A stretch of DNA of 64,000 bases from Candidatus Latescibacterota bacterium (lineage in GTDB: Bacteria; Latescibacterota; UBA2968; UBA8231), in the NCBI GenBank assembly GCA_965248265.1, contig CBDFJF010000001.1:2688001-2752000 (forward strand). The letters are read 5' to 3'. The stretch's first letter is position 1. Every line of letters starts with the position of its first letter. The position numbers were made by a program, and so were the translations under genes. The notes beneath the pieces were generated by a model, which saw only the letters and a program-made list of their open reading frames with translations, searched no databases and was not told where the DNA came from. Positions 48,569 through 59,090 of this stretch are shown here, in pieces.

Positions 48569-49930
48569 ATGATGGACCAGGTAGATCTGATGAATTCGAG
48601 CTTTCTGCCGATGAACCTGCACACGGACTATCCCGTCATCGTGCGGGCCGAGGGGCGACACCTGTACGCGGCTGATGGTCGCGTGTTTCTGGACGGCGCT
48701 TCGGGCGGCGTCGGTGCCGTCAACATCGGACACGGGGTCCCTGAAGTGTTGGCGGCGATCGTGGACCAAAGCCAGAAAGTGTGCCACGCCAATGCCTCCC
48801 TGTTCATGAACGCGGCTTCTATCGAACTGGCTGAGCTGATCGTGCAGGAGTTCGCCCCCTCGCCCATGAACAAGGTCTACTTCGTCTCCACCGGGACCGA
48901 GGCGACCGAATTGTGCGTCAAGTTCGCCCGTGTCTACCACCTCTACAAAGGCCATCCTGAACGGTCGAAGATCATCAGTCGCTGGAGTGGCTACCACGGC
49001 AGCTCCCTGGCTGCCCTGTCATTCTCGGGACGCACCAGCCGACGCGCCGACTTTCAACCCTACTACTTTCCCAGCATCCGCATCCGCCCGGCGTATCACT
49101 TTCGCGACGGTCGAGGTTTGAGTGAAGCAGAGTACGCGCAGGTGTGTGCTCGCGACCTCGAGGATGCGATCGTGCGCGAGGTGCCCGAGACGGTTTCCTG
49201 CTTCATCGCCGAGCCCTTCGTCAACACCATGGGAGCCTGCCCCGCCCCGGCAGGGTATTTCGAACTGGTGCGGGAGATCTGTGACCGCTACGATGTCCTC
49301 ATGATCTCGGATGAGGTGGTGACGGGGTACGGCCGCACGGGGCGTTCCTTCGGCATCGACCACTGGAACACCGTTCCGGATCTAATCGCCTGCGGCAAGG
49401 GACTCTCGGGTGGCTACAGCCCCATCGCATGCACCATCGTGCACGACAAGATCTTCGACGTATTGAAGAGCCACCCCAGTGGCAACACCGTCGCCGGTTA
49501 CACGCATGCCGCCAACCCCTTGTCCGCGGCCACGGCGAAGGCTGTTCTGCGCTACATCCTCGACAATGACCTGGTCACGCGCTCGGCCCAGATCGGTGAG
49601 CACTTGATAGGCCTGGTACGCGATCGCCTCGGTGATCATCCACACATCGGTGACATTCGCGGTAGAGGGTGCCACATGGCGCTGGAATTCGTCACGAACC
49701 GCGATTCCCTGGAGACTTATCCAGATCACGTCAACAAGGCGGGTGAGGTGTATGACGCGTGCATGGCCGAGGGTCTGAACCTGTGTCCGGTGCATGGTGA
49801 CGCCGACGGGCTGCGCGGAGACAGCATCATCATCAAGCCTGCGTTCACCTTCACCGATGGGGAGCTCGACGAGCTGGTGGACATGCTGGCGGCCGGGATC
49901 GACAACGTGAGCTGGGGAAGCAGTTCTTGA
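48569..49930 (+). CDS. Class III PLP-dependent aminotransferase
   Basis: GTEATE, YHG, IAEP, DEVVTGYGRTG, GKGLSGG. Confidence 0.94.
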   Translation: MMDQVDLMNSSFLPMNLHTDYPVIVRAEGRHLYAADGRVFLDGASGGVGAVNIGHGVPEVLAAIVDQSQKVCHANASLFMNAASIELAELIVQEFAPSPMNKVYFVSTGTEATELCVKFARVYHLYKGHPERSKIISRWSGYHGSSLAALSFSGRTSRRADFQPYYFPSIRIRPAYHFRDGRGLSEAEYAQVCARDLEDAIVREVPETVSCFIAEPFVNTMGACPAPAGYFELVREICDRYDVLMISDEVVTGYGRTGRSFGIDHWNTVPDLIACGKGLSGGYSPIACTIVHDKIFDVLKSHPSGNTVAGYTHAANPLSAATAKAVLRYILDNDLVTRSAQIGEHLIGLVRDRLGDHPHIGDIRGRGCHMALEFVTNRDSLETYPDHVNKAGEVYDACMAEGLNLCPVHGDADGLRGDSIIIKPAFTFTDGELDELVDMLAAGIDNVSWGSSS

Positions 49931-50119
49931 GTCATGCGATCGTTGCACCGCCGTGTGAGTGCCTGTTTACCTCCTGGGAGCTCCATCGGTGGTACGCCAG
50001 ACTGTGACTGTGGACACGACGATCGAGCAGCCCGGATGGTTAATTGATGCACGCCCCACGCGATAAATTCCCCGGTCTCACGGAACATCACCTGACGTAG
50101 GGCGTCACCAACACACACC

Positions 50120-51940
50120 ATGACTGAACAGACTTCAACTCTGCCAACCTGGGACCTGTCCGACCTGTACGGCGGTGTCGATGATCCCGCCCTGGCGGCC
50201 GACCTCAAACGAATCGAAGGCGACGCAACTGCTTTCGAGAGCCGCTTCAAGGGCACGATCGCCTCAGAAAGCCTTACCGCCTCCCACCTGCGTGACGCTC
50301 TGGATGCCTACGAAGCATTGTTGACGGATCAGTACAAGCCGGAGTCGTACGCCTCTCTTCTCTACTCGACTGACGCCACCGATCCCCGGCGTGGAGCCTT
50401 GTTGCAGAAGACCCGCGAGTTCGATAGCACGATCGCAACGCATCTGGTGTTCTTCGACCTGGAAATAGGGCTCATTGCAGACGACGTGTACGATGTGATG
50501 GTTGCAGGCGATGAATCCCTGGCGCCGTACCGCCATTACCTGGACCACCAGCGTCAGCTGGCTGCCCACAATCTGTCGGAACCGGAAGAGAAAGTTCTTG
50601 TCGAAACCGCGAATTCGCGTGGCCGAGCTTTTGCCCGTCTGGCAACGGAGGTCAACACCCGCACCCGCTTCACGATCCGACTGGAAGGGGAAGGGGAAGA
50701 GGAGAAGACACAGAGCGAGATTTTGCCTCTGCTCTACGATGCCTCCCGCGAAACCAGACGCCTGGCTGCCTCCGCCATCTCGCAGGGTTTGGAGGCCAAC
50801 CGGCACGTGGGCACCTTCATCTACAATACGCTGTTGCACGAGAAGGATGTGCTGGATCGGCTGCGTGCTTATGACTCGCCTGAACAGAGTCGCCACCTGA
50901 ACAATGAACTGTCCGCGGACATCGTCGACACCGTGTCGGACGTTTGCGCCGCTAACTACGATATCGTCGCTGACTACTATCGGCTGAAGGCCCGGATGCT
51001 GAAGCTGCCGGAACTGACTCATTACGACCGCTACGCGCCGATTACGAGCGCTGAGAGCTCGTTTCCATTCGATCGTGCGCGGGAGATTGTTCTGGCCTCG
51101 TTCGCCGAGTTCTCGCCTCACCTGGCCGAGATTGCCGAACCGTTCTTCAGCCGCAGATGGATCGATGCGGCCCTCGCCGATGGCAAGAGAGGTGGCGCCT
51201 ATTGCGCCGGCATCACGCCCGATCACCATCCCTACGTGTTCCTCAACTACACCGAGCGCCCACGCGACGTGATGACCTTGGCACATGAGCTTGGGCATGG
51301 GGTCCATGATGTGCTCGCCTCCCGCAACCATTTGCTCGACTACCACCCGGTCCTCCCCATGGCGGAGACCGCCAGCACCTTTGCCGAAATGCTGGTATTC
51401 GAGCGGCTGCGCTCGGAGCTGTCTACGGAGGAGGAGCAACTTGCGCTGCTTTGTAGTAAGACAGAGGACACGTTCGCTACCGTCTTTCGCCAGATCGCCA
51501 TGTACCGGTTCGAACAGAGCGCCCACCGTGAGCGCCGGCGCGATGGCGAACTTCCGGCTGAGCGTTTGGACCAGCTGTGGCAAAGCCACATGCAGGAGAT
51601 GTTCGGCGACTCCATCCGGTTGGGGGATGAACACGCCTGCTGGTGGCTCTACATCCCCCATATCGTCGATGTCCCGTTTTACGTCTACGCCTACGCCTTC
51701 GGCGAACTGCTGGTGATGGCTCTGTACGCACGGTATCGCGCTGAGGGATCACCGTTCGTCGAGCGCTACTTTGAACTGCTGGCCAATGGTGGGGCACGCG
51801 CGCCGCGAGATTTGGTGTCGACGATGGGAATCGACATCGGCGACCGTGCGTTCTGGCAGGAGGGGTGTGATTTGATCCGGCGCAATGTCACCGAGGCCGT
51901 CGAGTTGGCTGGGCGGAGAGGCCAAATCTCTGGCGACTAG
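50120..51940 (+). CDS. pepF: M3 family oligoendopeptidase F
   Basis: WDLSDLY, WID....GKRGGAY, TLAHELGH, AETASTF.E, FYVYAY. Confidence 0.93.
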   Translation: MTEQTSTLPTWDLSDLYGGVDDPALAADLKRIEGDATAFESRFKGTIASESLTASHLRDALDAYEALLTDQYKPESYASLLYSTDATDPRRGALLQKTREFDSTIATHLVFFDLEIGLIADDVYDVMVAGDESLAPYRHYLDHQRQLAAHNLSEPEEKVLVETANSRGRAFARLATEVNTRTRFTIRLEGEGEEEKTQSEILPLLYDASRETRRLAASAISQGLEANRHVGTFIYNTLLHEKDVLDRLRAYDSPEQSRHLNNELSADIVDTVSDVCAANYDIVADYYRLKARMLKLPELTHYDRYAPITSAESSFPFDRAREIVLASFAEFSPHLAEIAEPFFSRRWIDAALADGKRGGAYCAGITPDHHPYVFLNYTERPRDVMTLAHELGHGVHDVLASRNHLLDYHPVLPMAETASTFAEMLVFERLRSELSTEEEQLALLCSKTEDTFATVFRQIAMYRFEQSAHRERRRDGELPAERLDQLWQSHMQEMFGDSIRLGDEHACWWLYIPHIVDVPFYVYAYAFGELLVMALYARYRAEGSPFVERYFELLANGGARAPRDLVSTMGIDIGDRAFWQEGCDLIRRNVTEAVELAGRRGQISGD

Positions 51941-51983
51941 CGATATTTGAGTGTAACTAACCCTGATCGATGTCGGAGACCAT

Positions 51984-53816
51984 ATGTGTGGAATCATTGG
52001 GTACCTGGGAAACAAGACGCTGACCCAGGTCTTGATTACCGGGTTGCAACGCCTCGAGTACCGCGGCTATGACTCAGCAGGAGTGTGTGCGGTCGAGGGC
52101 GGTGCCCTGTCATTGCGCAAGTCTGCAGGGCGCATCAGCGAGTTGGAGAAACGGCTCGAAGAGGACCCCGTCGAAGGCTCTGTCGGCATCGCCCACACAC
52201 GTTGGGCGACCCATGGCACTCCCAACGATGAGAATGCGCATCCACATGCCGACGCCTCTGGGAAGTTCGCTCTCGTTCACAACGGTATCATCGAAAACCA
52301 CAGCGCCGTCCGGGCTTACCTTGAAGAGAAAGGTGTCGAATTCAGCAGCGACACGGACACGGAGGCGCTGGTCCAGTTGATCGGTTATCTCTACGCGGAG
52401 TCTGGTGATCTGGTGGCGAGCGTGCGTCGCGCTCTCGGCGATGTGACCGGGGCCTATGGCATCGCCTTGGTTTGCACCGACGCCCCCGACACCCTGATCG
52501 CCGCCCGTCGTGGCAGCCCGCTCATCGTCGGTGTCGGCGAAGGGGAGTACCTCGTCTCCTCCGACGGCAGCGCCATCGTCGAGCACACCAGCCAGGTCAT
52601 CTATCTACACGACAACGAGATGGTCTGTCTGGGACCCAAGGGGATCGAGGTCAGTACCATCGATGCGCAGCCAGTACACCGGGAAATCGATACGCTCGAA
52701 TTGACGCTCGACCAGATTCAACTGGGCGGCTATGAGCATTTCATGCTCAAGGAGATCCACGAGCAGCCTGAAAGCCTGCGCAACTGCCTACGCGGACGCC
52801 TGGATCGGCGGTCCGGCGTCACCAAGCTCGGCGGCCTTGAAGGCCTGGATCGCGAACTGGCCCGTTGTGAGCGCATCATGCTTACAGCATGTGGCACCGC
52901 ATGGCATGCGGCTCTGATCGGAGAGTACCTCTTTGAAGAATTGGCCCGGGTACAGACTGAGGTTGAGTACGCCAGCGAGCTGCGCTATCGCAACCCGGTC
53001 ATCGAACGCGACACCATCGGTATCGTCATCAGTCAGTCTGGAGAAACCGCTGACAGCCTTGCGGCCTTGCGCGAAATGCGCACCAGGGGCGCCACGGTGC
53101 TGGGCATCGTCAATGCCGTGGGTTCAACCATCGCCCGCGAGACGGATGCCGGCATCTATCTTCACGCCGGCGCCGAAATCGGTGTCGCCAGCACCAAGGC
53201 ATTCACGGCCCAGGTCGCAGTGCTGGCGATGATGGCCGTGGACACCGGACGGAGACGCCACCTCGCCCCGGATCGAACTTCCCAGTTTCTGGCTGAACTC
53301 GATGAACTGCCGGGCAAGGTCGAAACGGCCATCGGACTCGACAAACAGGCAGGGGAGCTGGCGCAGCGGTTGAGCAGTTGCGACAACTGGTTGTACCTGG
53401 GACGGGGCGTTAACTATCCGGTGGCACTCGAAGGAGCCCTCAAGCTGAAGGAGATCAGCTACATTCACGCAGAAGGCCTGCCGGCAGCGGAGATGAAGCA
53501 TGGTCCCATCGCCTTGATAGACGAGAACATGCCCGTCCTCGTCATCGCTCCCAGGGACCACACCTATGAGAAGGTCCTCGCCAACATCGAGGAAGTGCGT
53601 TCCCGGCACGGAAGAGTCATCGCCATCGCCAGTGAAAGGGATGCCGAACTGGAAAGACTGGCTGAGGAGGTCATGTACGTGCCCTCGACCCTGCCCCTGT
53701 TGTCCCCGATCATCACTACCGTGCCCCTCCAGCTCATCGCGTATCATGCGGCACTGGCACGCGGTCACGACGTCGACAAGCCGCGCAACCTGGCGAAAAG
53801 TGTGACGGTCGAGTAA
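51984..53816 (+). CDS. glmS: Glutamine-fructose-6-phosphate transaminase
   Basis: MCGI, LEYRGYDSAG, HTRWATHG, SQSGET, KEISY, PRNLAKSVTVE. Confidence 0.99.
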   Translation: MCGIIGYLGNKTLTQVLITGLQRLEYRGYDSAGVCAVEGGALSLRKSAGRISELEKRLEEDPVEGSVGIAHTRWATHGTPNDENAHPHADASGKFALVHNGIIENHSAVRAYLEEKGVEFSSDTDTEALVQLIGYLYAESGDLVASVRRALGDVTGAYGIALVCTDAPDTLIAARRGSPLIVGVGEGEYLVSSDGSAIVEHTSQVIYLHDNEMVCLGPKGIEVSTIDAQPVHREIDTLELTLDQIQLGGYEHFMLKEIHEQPESLRNCLRGRLDRRSGVTKLGGLEGLDRELARCERIMLTACGTAWHAALIGEYLFEELARVQTEVEYASELRYRNPVIERDTIGIVISQSGETADSLAALREMRTRGATVLGIVNAVGSTIARETDAGIYLHAGAEIGVASTKAFTAQVAVLAMMAVDTGRRRHLAPDRTSQFLAELDELPGKVETAIGLDKQAGELAQRLSSCDNWLYLGRGVNYPVALEGALKLKEISYIHAEGLPAAEMKHGPIALIDENMPVLVIAPRDHTYEKVLANIEEVRSRHGRVIAIASERDAELERLAEEVMYVPSTLPLLSPIITTVPLQLIAYHAALARGHDVDKPRNLAKSVTVE

Positions 53817-53835
53817 CCGTCCGAGTATGTTCCAC

Positions 53836-54765
53836 CTATTCGGTGCCGGTGCTCCTGCCGTTGACGATGGCGATACCGGCCGCGACCAGCAGCATGCTCA
53901 AGATCAGCTGAACCGTCACCTCATCCTGTAGCAACACCACGCTCAGCAAGACCCCCAGAATGGGCGTGGCGAAACCGAAAATGCCGAGCCTGGTGGCGCT
54001 ATGGCGCCGGAGCAGGTAGAGCCACAGGATGAAACAGAGGCCGGCGACGACGACCCCTTGGTACAGCACCGCGCCGATAACGGGACCGGTGATGTTCCAG
54101 GTCTCTTCCTGCTCGAACAGAGCAGCCAGTACACAGAACACGGGCACGCTGAGCGTCGATTGCCAGAACAGGACAGCGTACGGGTGCATGTCGTGTACGA
54201 GTCGTTTCAGAACGACCTGACGTAGTCCCAGCAGGATGGCACTGCCGAAGACGATCAGATCACCCCATAGAAAATGGCCGTAGTCCTGGAGCGCCAGTGC
54301 ATCACTGAAAATCAAGAGCATTCCAGCGAAGGCCAGACTGATACCGACGACCTTCGCCAGCGTCAGGCGATCGCCGGGCACCCAGACATGGCAGAATAGG
54401 GCGATAAAAAACGGATGGGCCGAGATCAAAATGGATGATCGGCTGGCGCTCGTCAGCTGCGTGCCTTCGTTGAGAAAGACGATCTGCAGAATGAACAGAG
54501 CGCTGAGCCCGAGTAGTCTGAGGGCGTGAGAGCTGTGCACCCGCAGTGAGACACCGGCGATCGCGGCCGCCGTGGAAACGACGACCAGACCGACAGCAAA
54601 ACGGGCCGCCGCCATGGCCAGCGGCGGCATGCCCGAGAGGCCGATCTTGATGAAGGGTTGATTGCCACCCCACAACAGGGCGGCCAATAGCGCCAGCAAA
54701 GCGGCGCTGAGGCCGACGCGGTCATTGCGGATTTCTGTGGTCGTGGGTGCGGCTGGTGCGCTCAC
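53836..54765 (-). CDS. DMT/EamA family transporter
   Basis: About 10 TM helices in two repeats, LWG...K, P.F motifs. Confidence 0.9.
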   Translation of the reverse strand: MSAPAAPTTTEIRNDRVGLSAALLALLAALLWGGNQPFIKIGLSGMPPLAMAAARFAVGLVVVSTAAAIAGVSLRVHSSHALRLLGLSALFILQIVFLNEGTQLTSASRSSILISAHPFFIALFCHVWVPGDRLTLAKVVGISLAFAGMLLIFSDALALQDYGHFLWGDLIVFGSAILLGLRQVVLKRLVHDMHPYAVLFWQSTLSVPVFCVLAALFEQEETWNITGPVIGAVLYQGVVVAGLCFILWLYLLRRHSATRLGIFGFATPILGVLLSVVLLQDEVTVQLILSMLLVAAGIAIVNGRSTGTE

Positions 54766-55424
54766 TCCTGGATGTAGGCGCTCTTGATGTAGTCCAGGTT
54801 GGGGAAGAGCTTGTTCAGGTACTTGTTGCCCTTCAGGCCGATCTGCTGCTGATTGGGCTTCTGCTGGTACTCGGCATTGATCGCCTGAACCGCCTCCATG
54901 CCTTCCGTGATCGTCCCGAAAGGGGCGAAACCCTGGCCATCAAGGTTCCCGGCATTGTTGCCAAGATTGATAAACATCTGAGTCGTCCGGGAGTTTGGCA
55001 TATTCGTCTTGGCAAAGGTGATGGTACCCGGCGTGTTGCTCGACACGACCGGGTCATCTGGAATGCTCGCGCTGTGCCATTTGGCCGTTACCTCCGGATC
55101 CCCGTGCATCCCCCACTGAACCACGAACCCCGGCAACACGCGAAAGAATCGCTGCTCATTGTAATAGCCGTTGCGAACCAGATTGTAAAAGCGGTCGACA
55201 CCGTTGGGTGACAGCTCTCTCTTCACATCGATGACGAAATCTCCCGCACTGGTCTCGAACTTGGCGCGGAATTCGTCAGGTGCTGTTTTGTTCATCTCGG
55301 GACCAGCTGGATCCATTAACGCCTCCTCGTTGACCTGCACCGTGGCGCCATCACCTTCCGCGCCGCAGCCCAGGCAGAGGATAGTCACCGCTAGCAAACT
55401 GAGTACTGTCTTGACCACTGGCAT
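54762..55424 (-). CDS. Cyclophilin-type PPIase lipoprotein
   Basis: Lipobox CLG-C; FFRV..GFVVQ.G, SN..GTITFA, TQMFINL. Confidence 0.92.
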   Translation of the reverse strand: MPVVKTVLSLLAVTILCLGCGAEGDGATVQVNEEALMDPAGPEMNKTAPDEFRAKFETSAGDFVIDVKRELSPNGVDRFYNLVRNGYYNEQRFFRVLPGFVVQWGMHGDPEVTAKWHSASIPDDPVVSSNTPGTITFAKTNMPNSRTTQMFINLGNNAGNLDGQGFAPFGTITEGMEAVQAINAEYQQKPNQQQIGLKGNKYLNKLFPNLDYIKSAYIQE

Positions 55425-55467
55425 TTTCTCTCGTCCTTCTTTAGGTGATGTACGTCCTATTCGAGCT

Positions 55468-57726
55468 CTACAGCTCGGAAACGGCACCGGCAATGGCCTC
55501 GGCAGTGATACCGAAATGACCCCAAGTTTCCATGTGTCCGTCCGCGGGCGCGATTCGAGGATCGGTGACACCCACATGGGCACATGGCAAACCAGCGCTG
55601 CCGGCAAGGCCGGAAACGAGACCGGCGAATCCTCGCACTCCGGTCTGGCGTGTACCGATGAAACCATCTTCAACGGTAACGATACCAGCGGTGTGGGTGG
55701 CGAGCAATCCCTCCAACGCTCCGGGAGGCAGCGGCAGGCCGTTGACTATATAGACATCCGTTGGCAACCCGCGTTTTGCCAGTTGCTCGGCTGCATCGTC
55801 TGCCACAAACGCCGGAGCACCCATGGCTACGATGGCCCGCTCGGCTCCCGGGTGGAGCCGGTATTCGGTAACGGCCTCCCACGCTGAATCCGCGTTCCAC
55901 AGCGGGTTTCCGTCTGCATTCGTCAGAATGGGCAGATTGTCACGCGGTATGCCGATGATGTGGCCACCGTAGTGGGCGGCCAGATCACGGACGGCTAGGA
56001 ATGCGGAGCGAGCATCCGCCGGCGCGTAAAAGCGGTGCAGGTAAGGCAGGTAGGTCAGGCCGATGTTGATCCAGTCCAACCCCCAGCCCGAGAAATGATC
56101 GCGTCCGGTGCAGGCACCTACATGAGAGACGTGAAAGGTTACGTTTAGCCCTTCGTTGACGCCCGTCAGGTTGCGCTGGTAGCGCCACATGTCGAAGCCT
56201 TCTCGCGCGATACCCTCGTAGAAGGCGGCGAAGGTCGAGACGACATTCAGTTGCTGTTTGTTCGAACTCATCGCCAACCCGTCCGCCAGCAGTGTCGCCG
56301 CCTGCTCCTCGATGCTCATTTCGAACTGGTGATCAGGGGCGATGAACCCACGGGCTTTCGACAGCTTCGTCGAAGGGTCCAGATCACAGCTGACAACGAA
56401 GACATTTTCCGGAAATGCCTTGGCGACAGCAGCGTAACCGGCCTCTGATCCGTTGCGAGCACTGACCGTCTCGCCGACCTCAGGCAAATCAACGGCGTTC
56501 AGCGCGCTCTTTGGAAGAACCAGGTTTGGACTGCCGGGCGCCGGCCTTGCTTTCGTAGTCACGCGACGCTGTTTGCTGCTGCGCAACGCCGCCATTGCCG
56601 TATCGTGAGCAGCGGTGAACTGCAACATCGGGTTGGCCAGCACTTCAGCCTCATCACGACCCTTCAACGAGCCGTCGTGGTGTCCCTCACCGCCGGGTAA
56701 TCCATTGACGAGGAAGAGGCATTCGATCATCGAGCCCACATCCCTGAAGCTCATCAGCGCGCCGGGAATCCACACCTGCTGGCTCATGGAAACGCCATGC
56801 GACTGGGCAAAAGCACTCACCGCGTCTGTAACCCCGTACGACTCTCCAAAGTGACTGAGATCGATCGTCACTCCGCCGCCGGAGCGAAAACCGACCGGAT
56901 AGATGAGACTGGCTTTGCCTCGTCGGGCACAGGCGTTCGCATGCCGGTAAGCCTCGTACAGAGCCTGGACGTCATGTAACGTTGGAATCTCGATGATCTC
57001 GACCCCCAACGACTCGATCACCGGCCGGGGATCGCGGTCCAGGATGCTTTTCGTCGTGCCGGAGAGCTGAATGCCATTGCGGTGCATGACGAAGGTGATG
57101 GGAGCCTCGTGCACGGAGGCCCCGTTGAAACCGTTGAGTGCCTGGCCCGAGATCCAACCGGCGTCCCCGCAGTGGACGACCACCCAGCTGCCGTCACCGA
57201 TGACGGCGCGTTTGCCAAGGGCCTGCCCCACGGCGGTCGGTATCATCACTCCCAGACGACCACCGTTGAGAGGAGTACCGCCGGGCAACCAGGAGACATG
57301 ACCGGGAACGTCGAGGCCTCGGCGAAAGCCATCGACTACATCTTGCTCTTCCAGAAAACCAAGAGCAGCAAGGGCCGAAAAGTAGCCGATGCTGGTGTGG
57401 GCGTGCTCTATCGTGTACTCAACCTTGTCGTAATCCGTAACAGCCAAGGTTAGCAACAACGGCGGAATCAGATCCAGTCCGCCGCCGAGATGGTCGACTT
57501 CATTGATCTTGGCCAGTGATCCCAATGCCTTGATCGCCGTGCGCGCTGCCTGAATCGACAGTGCCTCGTGCGTACCCACTTGATCGGCGCTGAGCCTTTC
57601 GCCACTGATATCAATCTGAAATGGCAGCACGTCAGAGGTAGTGGAACTGCCCAGATACCGGGACTGGGCCAGAAGTCGCGTGTTGCGAGCCGCCTGCTCC
57701 TCAGACCCTTGTTGTATGCCGATCAT
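55468..57726 (-). CDS. Divergent transketolase-family ThDP enzyme
   Basis: PGH, CGDAG...HRN, DLDPST, SIEEQ, TFAAF, C-terminal VTVEDG...FGIT. Confidence 0.8.
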   Translation of the reverse strand: MIGIQQGSEEQAARNTRLLAQSRYLGSSTTSDVLPFQIDISGERLSADQVGTHEALSIQAARTAIKALGSLAKINEVDHLGGGLDLIPPLLLTLAVTDYDKVEYTIEHAHTSIGYFSALAALGFLEEQDVVDGFRRGLDVPGHVSWLPGGTPLNGGRLGVMIPTAVGQALGKRAVIGDGSWVVVHCGDAGWISGQALNGFNGASVHEAPITFVMHRNGIQLSGTTKSILDRDPRPVIESLGVEIIEIPTLHDVQALYEAYRHANACARRGKASLIYPVGFRSGGGVTIDLSHFGESYGVTDAVSAFAQSHGVSMSQQVWIPGALMSFRDVGSMIECLFLVNGLPGGEGHHDGSLKGRDEAEVLANPMLQFTAAHDTAMAALRSSKQRRVTTKARPAPGSPNLVLPKSALNAVDLPEVGETVSARNGSEAGYAAVAKAFPENVFVVSCDLDPSTKLSKARGFIAPDHQFEMSIEEQAATLLADGLAMSSNKQQLNVVSTFAAFYEGIAREGFDMWRYQRNLTGVNEGLNVTFHVSHVGACTGRDHFSGWGLDWINIGLTYLPYLHRFYAPADARSAFLAVRDLAAHYGGHIIGIPRDNLPILTNADGNPLWNADSAWEAVTEYRLHPGAERAIVAMGAPAFVADDAAEQLAKRGLPTDVYIVNGLPLPPGALEGLLATHTAGIVTVEDGFIGTRQTGVRGFAGLVSGLAGSAGLPCAHVGVTDPRIAPADGHMETWGHFGITAEAIAGAVSEL

Positions 57727-57755
57727 CGATTACCCTCCAGAATCTTGAAGGGTAT

Positions 57756-57784
57756 AGCATATCAAGGCGATGGAGGCTCGGCAA
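57756..57784 (-). promoter_or_regulatory. Putative sigma70 promoter of transketolase-like gene
   Basis: TTGCCG-N17-TATGCT with extended TG. Confidence 0.5.
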
Positions 57785-57797
57785 GGAGGCGCGCGCT

Positions 57798-58868
57798 TTA
57801 CTCTCCCGCCCAGTAGTCGACAGCGTCCCGTTTTCGAAAATTGAGTCTCTGCGGCAGCGCCTTGACACCGATTTTCTCCGTGTCGGGGTACTCGGAAACG
57901 TCGTGCGCATCCTCGTTTCCCAGCGCCAGCATGACACAGGGCTCGTCGCTCTCGTTGACGAATTTGTGAGCGCTGCTAGCGCCGGGAGGGAAGCTCAGAA
58001 AATCTCCCGCCCGAACCGAGTGCCGACCGCTGCGGGTGATGACCGTGCACTCGCCCTCCATGATCTGGAAGAGTTCCTCGGTCACGTGGTGGAAGTGATA
58101 GGGGAAGGTGGCCTGGCCTGGCGGCAGGCGGATCAGACGGTACCCGAGACGCCGTGCACCGATTTGTGAGTCGATTTCCTTGGATTCCCATCGATAACCG
58201 TCTCGAGTGCTGCAGGGCGTCCAGTCCATTTCGTCGACGTGGATGCTGTTGATGAAGATGTCACTGCGCGACTCGAGGCAGCGCAACAAGCGTTCCCTGG
58301 CGCCCGAGAGCAGTGAATGGCCGTCCCCCAACAGGATAGCGTCAAACTCAAGGGCCAACAGCTTCCGCAGCTCAAGCACGGCAGCGGCCGGATTCTCCAG
58401 TTTCGGATCAGGCAGGATACTGAGTTCACCCAGCGGCTCCCCTACAATCAGGTCACCGGCGAGGACAAGCCGTTTCTGCGGCCAGTAGAGGGCGATCTCT
58501 CCGGGGCTCTTGCCGTGGCGTAGATGAACGGCCAGCAGTCCCGGGACGATCTCCTCTGCGTCGGCGACGGTGCGGTCGGGAGTGGTCTCCACGAGTGGTG
58601 CATCCGCTTCGTGGGTGACGACCTGGGCACCGGTGCGATCGCGAAAGAACGCCGCCTCACGCTCGTGGTCACGATTGGTGATGACGATGTGGCTGACAGG
58701 ACCCAGGCTGTCGAGCTGCTCCAGGTCCGAGTCAATCATGGGTACCGGGTCGATGAGGATGTTGCTCTCCCCTTCCCGCACCCACAGGTGTCCGTTGAAA
58801 TCGATTTGCCGATCCTCGTTGAAGATGGACCAGGAATAGAATTCGTTCTTCCCCAATGTTCGTTTCAT
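57798..58868 (-). CDS. Metallo-beta-lactamase-fold / cupin fusion protein
   Basis: LIDP, ITNRDH.R, THEAD, GKSPGE, AGD, GDG; cupin PYHFH..EE...EG...GD...AH...EYPD. Confidence 0.85.
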   Translation of the reverse strand: MKRTLGKNEFYSWSIFNEDRQIDFNGHLWVREGESNILIDPVPMIDSDLEQLDSLGPVSHIVITNRDHEREAAFFRDRTGAQVVTHEADAPLVETTPDRTVADAEEIVPGLLAVHLRHGKSPGEIALYWPQKRLVLAGDLIVGEPLGELSILPDPKLENPAAAVLELRKLLALEFDAILLGDGHSLLSGARERLLRCLESRSDIFINSIHVDEMDWTPCSTRDGYRWESKEIDSQIGARRLGYRLIRLPPGQATFPYHFHHVTEELFQIMEGECTVITRSGRHSVRAGDFLSFPPGASSAHKFVNESDEPCVMLALGNEDAHDVSEYPDTEKIGVKALPQRLNFRKRDAVDYWAGE

Positions 58869-59090
58869 GGTCTGCTCACTCCCGCACCTCGGCGCCAGTA
58901 ACGACATTACCCGTTCGATTGCTTGAAAACAGCAGGCTGACCCCCACCGTGTCAATCGGCGCTTTGCGGGAGCAGATACAGACGAGGACGATCCCGTGCC
59001 GACAAAACGAGGGCAGTACTGTAATTGGGAAAGCGGTGTTCGCGATGAAAGGTTGTTATCTGGATGCAGAGAGCCGAAGCCCGGCCGCGT

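Noticed and set aside
51941-51983. glmS ribozyme
   Set aside because: Intergenic gap is only 43 nt and lacks the conserved core.
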